A stretch of 64,000 bases of DNA from Antedon mediterranea (taxonomy: Eukaryota; Animalia; Echinodermata): assembly GCF_964355755.1 (NCBI RefSeq), contig NC_092679.1, positions 10,027,432-10,091,431 on the forward strand. The letters are read 5' to 3'. Position 1 is the first letter of the stretch; every line of letters starts with the position of its first letter. The position numbers and the translations under genes were made by a program. The notes under the pieces were generated by a model, which searched no databases, was not told where the DNA came from, and saw only the letters and a program-made list of their open reading frames with translations. Of the stretch, positions 1 through 14,452 are shown in pieces.

Positions 1-3000
1 CGCTGATCTATCTCTCTCTCGCTGATCTTTCTCTATCTCGCTGATCTATCTCTCTCTCTCTCTCTCTCGCTGATCTATCTCTCTCTCGCTGATCTATCTC
101 TCTCTCGCTGATCTATCTCTCTCTCGCTGATCTATCTCTCTCTCGCTGATCTATCTCTCTCTCGCTGATCTATCTCTCTCTCGCAGATCTTTCTCTATCT
201 CGCTGATCTATCTCTCTCTCTCTCGCTGATCCATCTCTCTCTCTCGCTGATCCATCTCTCTCTCTCGCTGATCTATCTCTCTCTCGCTGATCTATCTCTC
301 TCTCGCTGATCTATCTCTCTCGCTGATCTATCTCTCTCGCTGATCTATCTCTCTCTCGCTGATCTATCTCTCTCTCGCTGATCTATCTCTCCCTCTCGCT
401 GATCTATCTCTCTCTCGCTGATCTATCTCTCTCTCGCTGATCTATCTCTCTCTCTCGCTTATCTATCTCTCTCTCTCGCTTATCTATCTCTCTCTCTCTC
501 TCTCTCGCTGATCTATCTCTCTCTCGCTGATCTATCTCTCTCTCGCTCATCTATCTCTCTCTCGCTGATCTATCTATCTCTCTCTCGCTGATCTATCTAT
601 CTCTCTCTCGCTGATCTATCTATCTCTCTCTCGCTGATCTATCTATCTCTCTCTCTCGCTGATCTATCTCTCTCTCGCTGATCTATCTCTCTCTCGCTCA
701 TCTATCTATCTCTCTCTCGCTAATCTATCTCTCTCGCTGATCTATCTCTCTCTCGCTGATCTATCTATCTCTCTTTTGCTGATCTATCTCTCTCACGCTG
801 ATCTATCTATCTCTCTCTCACTGATCTATCTATCTCTCTCTCGCTGATCTATCTATCTCTCTCTCGCTGATCTATCTCTCTCTCGCTGATCTATCTCTCT
901 CTCTCGCTGACCTCTCTCTCTCTCGCTGATCTATCTCTCTCTCGCTGATCTATCTCTCTGTCGCTGATCTTTCTCTCTCTCGCTGATCTTTCTCTCTCTC
1001 GCTGATCTATCTCTCTCTCTCTCGCTGATCTATCTCTCTCTGTCGCTGATCTATCTCTCTCTCTCGCTGATCTATCTCTCTCTCGCTGATCTATCTCTCT
1101 CTCGCTGATCTATATCTCTCTCGCTGAACTATCTCTCCCTCTCGCTGATCTATCTCTCTCTCGCTGATCTATCTCTTTCTCGCTGATCTATCTCTCTCTC
1201 TCGCTGATCTATCTCTCTCTCTCTCTCGCTGATCTATCTCTCTCTCGCTGATGTATCTATCTCTCTCGCTGATCTATCTCTTTCTCGCTGATCTATCTCT
1301 CTCTCTCTCGCTGATCTATCTCTCTCTCGCTGATCTATCTCTCTCTCGCTAATCTATCTCGCTCTCGCTGATCTATCTCTCTCCTCAGAGCGATCTATCT
1401 CTCTCTTGCTGATCTATTTCTCTCTCTCTCTCGCTGATCTATCTATCTCTCGCTGATCTATCTCTCTCTCGCTGATTTATATCTCTCTCGCTGATCTATA
1501 TCTCTCTCGCTGATCTATCTATCTCTCTCTCGCTGATCTATCTCTCTCTCGCTGATCTAACTCTCTCTCGCTGATCTATCTCTCTCTCGCTGATCTATCT
1601 CTCTCTAGCTGATCTCTCTCTCTCCTCTCTCTCTCGCTGATCTATCTCTCTCTCGCTGATCTATCTCTCTCTCGCTGATCTCTCTCTCTCTCGCTGATCT
1701 ATCTCTCTCGCTGATCTATCTCTCTCTTGCTAATCTATCACTCTCTCGCTGATCTATCTCTCTCTCGCTGATCTATCTCTCTCTCTCTGATCTATCTCTC
1801 TCTCTCTCGCTGATCTATCTCTCTCTCGCTAATCTATCTCTCTCTCGCTGATCTATCTCTCTCTCACTGATCTATCTCTCTCTCGCTGATCTTTCTCTCT
1901 CTCGCTGATCTATCTCTCTCTCGCTGATCTATCTCTCTCTCGCTGATCTATATCTCTCTCGCTGATCTGTCTCTCTCTCTCGCTGATCTATCTCTCTCTC
2001 GCTGACCTATCTCTCTCTCTCGCTGATCTTTCTCTCTCTCGCTGATCTATCTCTCTCTTTCGCTGATCTATCTATCTCTCTCTCGCTGATCTATCTCTCT
2101 CGCTGATCTATCTCTCTCTCGCTGATCTATCTCTCTCTCGCTGATCTATCTCTCTCTCGCTGATCTATCTCTCTCTCGCTGATTTATATCTCTCTCGCTG
2201 ATCTATATCTCTCTCGCTGATCTATCTATCTCTCTCTCGCTGATCTATCTCTCTCTCGCTGATCTAACTCTCTCTCGCTGATCTATCTCTCTCTCGCTGA
2301 TCTATCTCTCTCTAGCTGATCTCTCTCTCTCCTCTCTCTCTCGCTGATCTATCTCTCTCTCGCTGATCTATCTCTCTCTCGCTGATCTCTCTCTCTCTCT
2401 CGCTGATCTATCTCTCTCGCTGATCTATCTCTCTCTTGCTAATCTATCACTCTCTCGCTGATCTATCTCTCTCTCGCTGATCTATCTCTCTCTCTCTGAT
2501 CTATCTCTCTCTCTCTCGCTGATCTATCTCTCTCTCGCTAATCTATCTCTCTCTCGCTGATCTATCTCTCTCTCACTGATCTATCTCTCTCTCGCTGATC
2601 TTTCTCTCTCTCGCTGATCTATCTCTCTCTTGCTGATCTATATCTCTCTCGCTGATCTGTCTCTCTCTCTCGCTGATCTATCTCTTTCTCGCTGACCTAT
2701 CTCTCTCTCGCTGATCTTTCTCTCTCTCGCTGATCTATCTCTCTCTTTCGCTGATCTATCTATCTCTCTCTCGCTGATCTATCTCTCTCGCTGATCTATC
2801 TCTCTCTCGCTGATCTATCTCTCTCTTGCTGATCTATCTCTCTCTCGCTGATCTATCTCTCCCTCTCACTGATCTATCTCTCTCTCGCTGATCTATCTTA
2901 TTTTCGCTGATCTATCTCTCTCTCGCTCATCTATCTATCTCTCTCTCGCTAATCTATCTCTTTCGTTGATCTATCTCTCTCTTGCTGATCTATCTCTCTC

Positions 3001-6000
3001 TCTCTCTCGCTGATCTATCTATCTCTCGCTAATCTATCTCTCTCTCGCTGATCTATATCTCTCTCGCTGATCTATCTCTTTCTCGCTGATCTATCTATCT
3101 CTCTCTCGCTGATCTATCTCTCTCTCGCTGATCTCTCTCTCTCTCTCGCTGATCTATCTCTCTCGCTGATCTATCTCTCTCTTGCTAATCTATCACTCTC
3201 TCGCTGATCTATCTCTCTCTCGCTGATCTATCTCTCTCTCTCTGATCTATCTCTCTTCCTCTCGCTGATCTATCTCTCTCTCGCTAATCTATCTCTCTCT
3301 CGCTGATCTATCTCTCTCTCACTGATCTATCTCTCTCTCGCTGATCTTTCTCTCTCTCGCTGATCTATCTCTTTCTCGCTGATCTATCTCTCTCTCGCTG
3401 ATCTATATCTCTCTCGCTGATCTATCTCTCTCTCGCTGATCTATCTCTCTCTCGCTGATCTATATCTCTCTCGCTGAACTATCTCTCCCTCTCGCTGATC
3501 TATCTCTCTCTCGCTGATCTATCTCTTTCTCGCTGATCTATCTCTCTCTCTCGCTGATCTATCTCTCTCTCTCTCGCTGATCTATCTCTCTCTCGCTGAT
3601 GTATCTATCTCTCTCGCTGATCTATCTCTTTCTCGCTGATCTATCTCTCTCTCTCTCGCTGATCTATCTCTCTCTCGCTGATCTATCTCTCTCTCGCTAA
3701 TCTATCTCGCTCTCGCTGATCTATCTCTCTCCTCAGAGCGATCTATCTCTCTCTTGCTGATCTATTTCTCTCTCTCTCTCGCTGATCTATCTATCTCTCG
3801 CTGATCTATCTCTCTCTCGCTGATTTATATCTCTCTCGCTGATCTATATCTCTCTCGCTGATCTATCTATCTCTCTCTCGCTGATCTATCTCTCTCTCGC
3901 TGATCTAACTCTCTCTCGCTGATCTATCTCTCTCTCGCTGATCTATCTCTCTCTAGCTGATCTCTCTCTCTCCTCTCTCTCTCGCTGATCTATCTCTCTC
4001 TCGCTGATCTATCTCTCTCTCGCTGATCTCTCTCTCTCTCGCTGATCTATCTCTCTCGCTGATCTATCTCTCTCTTGCTAATCTATCACTCTCTCGCTGA
4101 TCTATCTCTCTCTCGCTGATCTATCTCTCTCTCTCTGATCTATCTCTCTCTCTCTCGCTGATCTATCTCTCTCTCGCTAATCTATCTCTCTCTCGCTGAT
4201 CTATCTCTCTCTCACTGATCTATCTCTCTCTCGCTGATCTTTCTCTCTCTCGCTGATCTATCTCTCTCTCGCTGATCTATCTCTCTCTCGCTGATCTATA
4301 TCTCTCTCGCTGATCTGTCTCTCTCTCTCGCTGATCTATCTCTCTCTCGCTGACCTATCTCTCTCTCGCTGATCTTTCTCTCTCTCGCTGATCTATCTCT
4401 CTCTTTCGCTGATCTATCTATCTCTCTCTCGCTGATCTATCTCTCTCGCTGATCTATCTCTCTCTCGCTGATCTATCTCTCTCTCGCTGATCTATCTCTC
4501 TCTCGCTGATCTATCTCTCTCTCGCTGATTTATATCTCTCTCGCTGATCTATATCTCTCTCGCTGATCTATCTATCTCTCTCTCGCTGATCTATCTCTCT
4601 CTCGCTGATCTAACTCTCTCTCGCTGATCTATCTCTCTCTCGCTGATCTATCTCTCTCTAGCTGATCTCTCTCTCTCCTCTCTCTCTCGCTGATCTATCT
4701 CTCTCTCGCTGATCTATCTCTCTCTCGCTGATCTCTCTCTCTCTCTCGCTGATCTATCTCTCTCGCTGATCTATCTCTCTCTTGCTAATCTATCACTCTC
4801 TCGCTGATCTATCTCTCTCTCGCTGATCTATCTCTCTCTCTCTGATCTATCTCTCTCTCTCTCGCTGATCTATCTCTCTCTCGCTAATCTATCTCTCTCT
4901 CGCTGATCTATCTCTCTCTCACTGATCTATCTCTCTCTCGCTGATCTTTCTCTCTCTCGCTGATCTATCTCTCTCTTGCTGATCTATATCTCTCTCGCTG
5001 ATCTGTCTCTCTCTCTCGCTGATCTATCTCTTTCTCGCTGACCTATCTCTCTCTCGCTGATCTTTCTCTCTCTCGCTGATCTATCTCTCTCTTTCGCTGA
5101 TCTATCTATCTCTCTCTCGCTGATCTATCTCTCTCGCTGATCTATCTCTCTCTCGCTGATCTATCTCTCTCTTGCTGATCTATCTCTCTCTCGCTGATCT
5201 ATCTCTCCCTCTCACTGATCTATCTCTCTCTCGCTGATCTATCTCTTTTTCGCTGATCTATCTCTCTCTCGCTCATCTATCTATCTCTCTCTCGCTAATC
5301 TATCTCTTTCGTTGATCTATCTCTCTCTTGCTGATCTATCTCTCTCTCTCTCTCGCTGATCTATCTATCTCTCGCTAATCTATCTCTCTCTCGCTGATCT
5401 ATATCTCTCTCGCTGATCTATCTCTTTCTCGCTGATCTATCTATCTCTCTCTCGCTGATCTATCTCTCTCTCGCTGATCTCTCTCTCTCTCTCGCTGATC
5501 TATCTCTCTCGCTGATCTATCTCTCTCTTGCTAATCTATCACTCTCTCGCTGATCTATCTCTCTCTCGCTGATCTATCTCTCTCTCTCTGATCTATCTCT
5601 CTCTCTCTCGCTGATCTATCTCTCTCTCGCTAATCTATCTCTCTCTCGCTGATCTATCTCTCTCTCACTGATCTATCTCTCTCTCGCTGATCTTTCTCTC
5701 TCTCGCTGATCTATCTCTTTCTCGCTGATCTATCTCTCTCTCGCTGATCTATATCTCTCTCGCTGATCTATCTCTCTCTCGCTGATCTATCTCTCTGTCG
5801 CTGACCTATCTCTCTCTCGCTGATCTTTCTCTCTCTCGCTGATCTATCTCTCTCTCTCGCTGATCTATCTATCTCTCTCTCGCTGATCTATCTCTCTCTC
5901 GCTGATCTATCTCTCTCTCGCTGATCTATCTCTCTCTCGCTGATCTATCTCTCCCTCTCGCTGATCTATCTCTCTCTCGCTGATCTATCTCTCTCTCGCT

Positions 6001-9000
6001 TATCTATCTCTCTCTCTTTCGCTGATCTATTTCTCTCTCTCTCTCTCTTGCTGATCTATCTCTCTCTCTCTCTCTCTCGCTGATCTATCTCTCTCTCGCT
6101 GATCTATCTATCTCTCTCGCTGATCCATCTCTTTCTCGCTGATCTATCTCTCTCTCTCGCTGATCTATCTCTCTCTCGCTGATCTATCTATCTCTCTCTC
6201 GCTGATCTATCTATCTCTCTCTCGCTGATCTATCTATCTCTCTCTCGCTGATCTATCTATCTCTCTCTCGCTGATCTATCTATCTCTCTCTCGCTGATCT
6301 ATCTCTCTCTCGCTGATCTATCTCTCTCGCTGATCTATCTCTCTCTCGCTGATCTATCTCTCTCTCTTTCGCTGATCTATCTCTCTCTCTCTCTCTCGCT
6401 GATCTATCTCTCTCTCTCTCTCTCTCGCTGATCTATCTCTCTCTCGCTGATCTATCTATCTCTCTCGCTGATCTATCTCTTTCTCGCTTATCTATCTCTC
6501 TCTCTCTCGCTGATCTATCTATCTCTCTCTCTCACTGATCTATCTATCTCTCTCTCGCTGATCGATCTATCTCTCTCTCGCTGATCTATCTATCTCTCTC
6601 TCGCTGATCTAGCTATCTCTCTCTCGCTCATCTATCTCTCTCTCGCTGATCTATCTATCTCTCTCTCGCTGATCTATCTATCTCTCTCTCGCTGATCTAT
6701 CTATCTCTCTCTCACTGATCTATCTATCTCTCTCTCGCTGATCTATCTCTCTCACGCTGATCTATCTCTCTCTCGCTCATCTATCTATCTCTCTCTCGCT
6801 AATCTATCTCTCTCGCTGATCTATCTCTCTCTCGCTGATCTATCTATCTCTCTTTCGCTGATCTATCTCTCTCTCGCTGATCTATCTATCTCTCTCTCGC
6901 TGATCTATCTATCTCTCTCTCGCTGATCTATCTATCTCTCTCTCGCTGATCTATCTCTCTCTCGCTGATCTATCTCTCTCTCTCGCTGACCTCTCTCTCT
7001 CTCGCTGATCTATCTCTCTCTCGCTGATCTATCTCTCTGTCGCTGATCTATCTCTCTCTCGCTGATCTTTCTCTCTCTCGCTGATCTATCTCTCTCTCTC
7101 GCTGATCTATCTCTCTCTCTCGCTGATCTATCTCTCTCTCACTGATCTATCTCTCTCTCGCTGATCTTTCTCTCTCTCGCTGATCTATCTCTCTCTCGCT
7201 GATCTATCTCTCTCTCGCTGATCTATATCTCTCTCGCTGATCTATCTCTCTCTCGCTGATCTATCTCTCTGTCGCTGACCTATCTCTCTGTCGCTGACCT
7301 ATCTCTCTCTCGCTGATCTTTCTCTCTCTCTCGCTGATCTATCTCTCTCTCTCTCGCTGATCTATCTCTCTCGCTGATCTATCTCTCTCTCGCTAATCTA
7401 TCTCACTCTCGCTGATCTATCTCTCTCCTCAGAGCGATCTATCTCTCTCTTGCTGATCTATTTCTCTCTCTCTCTCGCTGATCTATCTATCTCTCGCTGA
7501 TCTATCTCTCTCTCGCTGATCTATATCTCTCTCGCTGATCTATCTCTCTCTCGCTGATCTATCTATCTCTCTCTCGCTGATCTATCTCTCTCTCGCTGAT
7601 CTATCTCTCTCTCGCTGATCTATCTCTCTCTAGCTGATCTCTCTCTCTCCTCTCTCTCTCGCTGATCTATCTCTCTCTCGCTGATCTATCTCTCTCTCGC
7701 TGATCTCTCTCTCTCTCTCGCTGATCTATCTCTCTCGCTGATCTATCTCTCTCTTGCTAATCTATCACTCTCTCGCTGATCTATCTCTCTCTCGCTGATC
7801 TATCTCTCTCTCTCTGATCTATCTCTCTCTCTCTCGCTGATCTATCTCTCTCTCGCTAATCTATCTCTCTCTCGCTGATCTATCTCTCTCTCACTGATCT
7901 ATCTCTCTCTCGCTGATCTTTCTCTCTCTCGCTGATCTATCTCTCTCTCGCTGATCTATCTCTCTCTCGCTGATCTATATCTCTCTCGCTGATCTATCTC
8001 TCTCTCGCTGATCTATCTCTCTGTCGCTGACCTATCTCTCTCTCGCTGACCTATCTCTCTCTCGCTGATCTTTCTCTCTCTCTCGCTGATCTATCTCTCT
8101 CTCTCTCGCTGATCTATCTCTCTCGCTGATCTATCTCTCTCGCTGATCTATCTCTCTCTCGCTGATCTATCTCTCTCTCGCTGATCTATCTCTCTCTCGC
8201 TGATCTATCTCTCTCTCGCTGATCTATCTCTCTCTCGCTGATCTATCTCTCCCTCTCGCTGATCTATCTCTCTCTCGCTGATCTATCTCTCTCTCGCTGA
8301 TCTATCTCTCTCTCTCTTTCGCTTATCTATCTCTCTCTCTCTCTCTCGCTGATCTATCTCTCTCTCTCTCTCTCTCTCGCTGATCTATCTCTCTCTTGCT
8401 GATCTATCTATCTCTCTCGCTGATCTATCTCTTTCTCACTGATCTATCTCTCTCTCTCTCGCTGATCTATCTCTCTCTCGCTGATCTATCTATCTCTCTC
8501 TCGCTTATCTATCTATCTCTCTCTCGCTTATCTATCTATCTCTCTCTCGCTGATCTATCTATCTCTCTCTCGCTGATCTATCTATCTCTCTCTCGCTGAT
8601 CTATCTCTCTCTTGCTGATCTATCTCTCTCTCGCTCATCTATCTATCTCTCTCTCGCTAATCTCTCTCTCTCGCTGATCTATCTCTCTCGCTGATCTATC
8701 TCTCTCTTGCTGATCTATCTCTCTCTCTCTCTCGCTGATCTATCTATCTCTCGCTAATCTATCTCTCTCTCGCTGATCTATATCTCTCTCGCTGATCTAT
8801 CTCTTTCTCGCTGATCTATCTATCTCTCTCTCGCTGATCTATCTCTCTCTCGCTGATCTCTCTCTCTCTCTCTCTCGCTGATCTATCTCTCTCGCTGATC
8901 TATCTCTCTCTTGCTAATCTATCACTCTCTCGCTGATCTATCTCTCTCTCGCTGATCTATCTCTCTCTCTCTCGCTGATCTATCTCTCTCGCTGATCTAT

Positions 9001-12000
9001 CTCTCTCGCTGATCTATCTCTCTCGCTGATCTATCTCTCTCTCGCTGATCTATCTCTCTCTCGCTGATCTATCTCTCTCTCGCTGATCTATCTCTCTCTC
9101 GCTGATCTATCTCTCTCTCGCTGATCTATCTCTCCCTCTCGCTGATCTATCTCTCTCTCGCTGATCTATCTCTCTCTCGCTGATCTATCTCTCTCTCTTT
9201 CGCTTATCTATCTCTCTCTCTCTCTCTCTCGCTGATCTATCTCTCTCTCTCTCTCTCTCTCGCTGATCTATCTCTCTCTCGCTGATCTATCTATCTCTCT
9301 CGCTGATCTATCTCTTTCTCACTGATCTATCTCTCTCTCTCTCGCTGATCTATCTCTCTCTCGCTGATCTATCTATCTCTCTCTCGCTTATCTATCTATC
9401 TCTCTCTCGCTTATCTATCTATCTCTCTCTCGCTGATCTATCTATCTCTCTCTCGCTGATCTATCTATCTCTCTCTCGCTGATCTATCTCTCTCTCGCTG
9501 ATCTATCTCTCTCTCGCTCATCTATCTATCTCTCTCTCGCTCATCTATCTATCTCTCTCTCGCTAATCTATCTCTCTCGCTGATCTATCTCTCTCGCTGA
9601 TCTATCTCTCTCTTGCTGATCTATCTCTCTCTCTCTCTCGCTGATCTATCTATCTCTCGCTAATCTATCTCTCTCTCGCTGATCTATATCTCTCTCGCTG
9701 ATCTATCTCTTTCTCGCTGATCTATCTACCTCTCTCTCGCTGATCTATCTCTCTCTCGCTGATCTCTCTCTCTCTCTCTCTCGCTGATCTATCTCTCTCG
9801 CTGATCTATCTCTCTCTTGCTAATCTATCACTCTCTCGCTGATCTATCTCTCTCTCGCTGATCTATCTCTCTCTCGCTGATCTATCTATCTCTCTCTCTC
9901 TGATCTATCTCTCTCTCTCTCGCTGATCTATCTCTCTCTCGCTGATCTATCTCTCTCTCGCTGATCTATCTCTCTCTCGCTGATCTATCTCTCTCTCGCT
10001 GATCTATCTCTCTCTCGCTGATCTATCTCTCTCTCGCTGATCTATCTCTCTCTCGCTGATCTATCTCTCTCTCGCTGATCTATCTCTCTCTCGCTGATCT
10101 ATCTCTCTCTCGCTGATCTATCTCTCTGTCGCTGATCTATCTCTCTGTCGCTGATCTTTCTCTCTCTCGCTGATCTATCTCTCTCTCCCTTATCTATCTC
10201 TCTCTCTCTCGCTGATCTTTCTCTCTCTCGCTGATCTATCTCTCTCTCGCTGATCTATCTCTCTCTCGCTGATCTATCTCTCTCTCGCTGATCTATCTCT
10301 CCCTCTCGCTGATCTATCTCTCTCTCGCTGATCTATCTCTCTCTCGCTGATCTATCTCTCTCTTTCGCTGATCTATCTCTCTCTCTCTCTCTTGCTGATC
10401 TATCTCTCTCTCTCTCTCTCGCTGATCTATCTCTCTCTCGCTGATCTATCTATCTCTCTCGCTGATCTATCTCTTTCTCGCTGATCTATCTCTCTCTCTC
10501 GCTGATCTATCTATCTCTCTCTCGCTGATCTATCTATCTCTCTCTCGCTGATCTATCTATCTCTCTCTCGCTGATCTATCTATCTCTCTCTCGCTGATCT
10601 ATCTATCTCTCTCTCGCTGATCTATCTATCTCTCTCTCGCTGATCTATCTCTCTCTCGCTGATCTATCTCTCTCGCTGATCTATCTCTCTCTCGCTGATC
10701 TATCTCTCTCTCTTTCGCTGATCTATCTCTCTCTCTTTCTCTCTCGCTGATCTATCTCTCTCTCTCTCTCTCTCTCGCTGATCTATCTCTCTCTCGCTGA
10801 TCTATCTATCTCTCTCGCTGATCTATCTCTTTCTCGCTTATCTATCTCTCTCTCTCTCGCTGATCTATCTCTCTCTCGCTGATCTATCTATCTCTCTCTC
10901 GCTGATCTATCTATCTCTCTCTCGCTGATCTAGCTATCTCTCTCTCTCGCTGATCTATCTCTCTCTCGCTGATCTATCTCTCTCTCGCTCATCTATCTAT
11001 CTCTCTCTCGCTAATCTATCTCTCTCGCTGATCTATCTCTCTCTCTCGCTGATCTATCTATCTCTCTTTAGCTGATCTATCTCTCTCTCGCTGATCTATC
11101 TATCTCTCTCTCGCTGATCTATCTATCTCTCTCTTGCTGATCTATCTCTCTCTCGCTGATCTATCTCTCTCTCTCTCGCTGATCTCTCTCTCTCTCTCGC
11201 TGATCTCTCTCTCTCTCTCGCTGATCTATCTCTCTCTCGCTGATCTATCTCTCCCTCTTGCTGATCTATCTCTCTCTCGGTGATCTATCTCTCTCTCGCT
11301 GATCTATCTCTCTCTCTTTCGCTGATCTATCTCTCTCTCTCTCTCTCTCGCTGATCTATCTCTCTCTCTCTCTCTCTCTCGCTGATCTATCTCTCTCTCG
11401 CTGATCTATCTATCTCTCTCGCTGATCTATCTCTTTCTCGCTGATCTATCTCTCTCTCTCTCGCTGATCTATCTATCTCTCTCTCGCTGATCTATATATC
11501 TCTCTCTCGCTGATCTATCTATCTCTCTCGCTGATCTATCTATCTCTCTCGCTGATCTATCTATCTCTCTCTCGCTGATCTATCTCTCTCTCTCGCTGAT
11601 CTATCTCTCTCTCTTGCTGATCTATCTCTCTCTCGCTACTATCTCTCTCGCTGATCTATCTCTCTCTCGCTGATCTATCTATCTCTCTTTAGCTGATCTA
11701 TCTCTCTCTCGCTGATCTATCTATCTCTCTCTCGCTGATCTATCTATCTCTCTCTCGCTGATCTATCTCTCTCTCGCTGATCTATCTCTCTCTCGCTGAT
11801 CTATCTCTCTCTCGCTGATCTCTCTCTCTCTCTCTCTCGCTGATCTATCTCTCTGTCGCTGATCTATCTCTCTCTCGCTGATCTATCTCTCTCTCTCTCG
11901 CTGATCTATCTCTCTCTCGCTCGCTGATCTATCTCTCTCTCTCGCTGATCTATCTCTCTCTCTCGCTGATCTATCTCTCTCTCTCGCTGATCTATCTCTC

Positions 12001-13473
12001 TCTCGCTGATCTATCTCTCTCTCGCTGATCTATCTCTCTCTCGCTGATCTATCTCTCCCTCTCGCTGACCTATCTCTCTCTCGCTGATCTATCTCTCTCT
12101 CGCTGATCTATCTCTCTCTCGCTGATCTATCTCTCTCTCGCTGATCTATCTCTCTCTCTCTCGCTGATCTATCTCTCTCTCTCTCTCTCTCTTGCTGATC
12201 TATCTCTCTCTCGCTGATCTATCTCTTTCTCGCTGATCTATCTCTCTCTCTCTCGCTGATCTATCTCTCTCTCGCTGATCTATCTATCTCTCGCTGACCT
12301 ATCTCTCTCTCGCTGACCTATATCTCTCTCGCTGACCTATATCTCTCTCGCTGATCTATCTCTCTGTCGCTGATCTATCTCTCTCTCGCTGATCTTTCTC
12401 TATCTCGCTGATCTATCTCTCTCTCTCTCTCTCGCTGATCTATCTCTCTCTCGCTGATCTATCTCTCTCTCGCTGATCTATCTCTCTCTCGCTGATCTAT
12501 CTCTTTCTCGCTGATCTATCTCTCTCTCGCAGATCTTTCTCTATCTCGCAGATCTATCTCTCTCTCGCTGATCTATCTATCTCTCTCTCGCTGATCTATT
12601 TCTCTCTCGCTGATCTATCTCTCTCTCGCTGATCTATCTCTCTCTCGCTAATCTATCTCTCTCTCGCTGATCTATCTCTCTCTCGCTGATCTATCTCTCT
12701 CTCTGATCTATCTCTTTCTCTCTCGCTGATCTATCTCTCTCTCGCTAATCTATCTCTCTCTCGCTGATCTATCTCTCTCTCGCTGATCTATCTCTCTCTC
12801 GCTGATCTATCTCTCTCTCGCTGATCTATCTCTCTCTCTCTCACTGATCTATCTCTCTCTCTCTCACTGATCTATCTCTCTCTCTCTCGCTGATCTTTCT
12901 CTCTCTCGCTGATCTATCTCTCTCTCGCTCATCTATCTATCTCTCTCTCGCTCATCTATCTATCTCTCTCTCGCTCATCTATCTATCTCTCTCTCGCTCA
13001 TCTATCTATCTCTCTCTCGCTCATCTATCTATCTCTCTCTCGCTCATCTATCTCTCTCGCTGATCTATCTCTCTCTCGCTGATCTATCTATCTCTCTTTC
13101 GCTGATCTATCTCTCTCTCTTTCGCTGATCTATCTCTCTCTCTCGCTGATCTATCTATCTCTCTCTCGCTGATCTATCTATCTCTCTCTCGCTGATCTAT
13201 CTCTCTCTCTCGCTGACCTCTCTCTCTCTCGCTGATCTATCTCTCTCTCGCTGATCTATCTCTCTGTCGCTGATCTATTTCTCTCTCGCTGATCTTTCTC
13301 TCTTTCGCTGATCTATCTCTCTTTCGCTGATCTATCTCTCTCTCTCGCTGATCTATCTCTCTCTCTCGCTGATCTATCTCTCTCTCTCGCTGATCTATCT
13401 CTCTCTCGCTGATCTATCTCTCTCTCGCTGATCTATCTCTCTCGCTGATCTATATCTCTCTCGCTGATCTATT
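1..13473. repeat. ~19-bp minisatellite array (CGCTGATCTATCTCTCTCT)n, left part; runs off the window start
   Basis: Continuous tandem units that vary by +/-CT dinucleotides and +ATCT; the + strand is strongly pyrimidine-rich. Confidence 0.99.
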
Positions 13474-14260
13474 TGTCGTGGTACGTGAGACCATGCCCGG
13501 ATTGATTTGGAAGTTTTCTCCCCGGGTATCAAGCGTGCGAGGCTTGGCTCAAATGAATGCAATATCAAGACCAACAGAAAGACAACAAGTTGTTGATTGC
13601 CGTTACCAGACCATTTATTGTGTACAACTCAACGTCACTCAGAAAATAAAGAGAACGAAGAAAGGAAAAAACCCTGCAAATATACAAACAAGCGTTACAT
13701 AATTTCAATAACAGTCCGTTTATAACTTCACTTTACCACTGTATTACCACTATACTTAAACACACTGTGTACAAACTGGTTATCATTAAGAACAATACAA
13801 TCAATTAAACGTCATTACAAATGATTAATACCTGAATCAACTTGAATGATGTATTTACTAACTAAGAACGAAAGATCGTACAGCAATCAACAATTTCTCT
13901 ATAAATTGAAGTAAAGATTTGAGAACATTATTTGCTTTATTTAAGTTGTATGCATGCAATTTAGTATAATAAATTAACAGACAATGATCCGTCTATCATG
14001 CAATATAATTCTTTTTACTACTTACAATGGTAACTTCAACAACGGCTTAATAATATATATATACAACACGGTAACAAAAATCACATCTTCCTGTGTTTGC
14101 AACAAAAGCTTTTCTGACGCGCAGACAGAAAAACCAGGTAGTTAACCAAAACATCACCTATATGCAAATGCGCCAAACACAATGCTCGCAAAACAACTAG
14201 CAGCAAGACACTTATATGCAAATACGCAGAACGCACACGAACAACAACTGATCCATGACA
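13474..14260 (-). repeat. 3' LTR of the Gypsy element (787 bp)
   Basis: Direct repeat of 19963-20749; I saw 3 substitutions between the two by eye. Confidence 0.97.
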
Positions 14261-14272
14261 TGTTCCCCGCTT
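14261..14272 (-). promoter_or_regulatory. Polypurine tract (plus-strand primer) of the Gypsy element
   Basis: Minus strand AAGCGGGGAACA abuts the TGTC start of the 3' LTR. Confidence 0.7.
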
Positions 14273-14452
14273 AAAATCCTTTTGTCCCCAAAAGGAGAAC
14301 CTATAAAAGAGAAGAAACATAAAAAATACAAAAAAATATAGATTCACTACACCTTCCCCGCTTGAGATCCTTTTGTCCCCAAAAGGAGAAACAAACGAAA
14401 ATAAAGAGGAGAAGTTAACCAGCAAATGTAACAAGGCACATAACACCAGGTA

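Noticed and set aside
8396-8599. 67-aa Leu/Ser-rich ORF
   Set aside because: It is a translation of the minisatellite.
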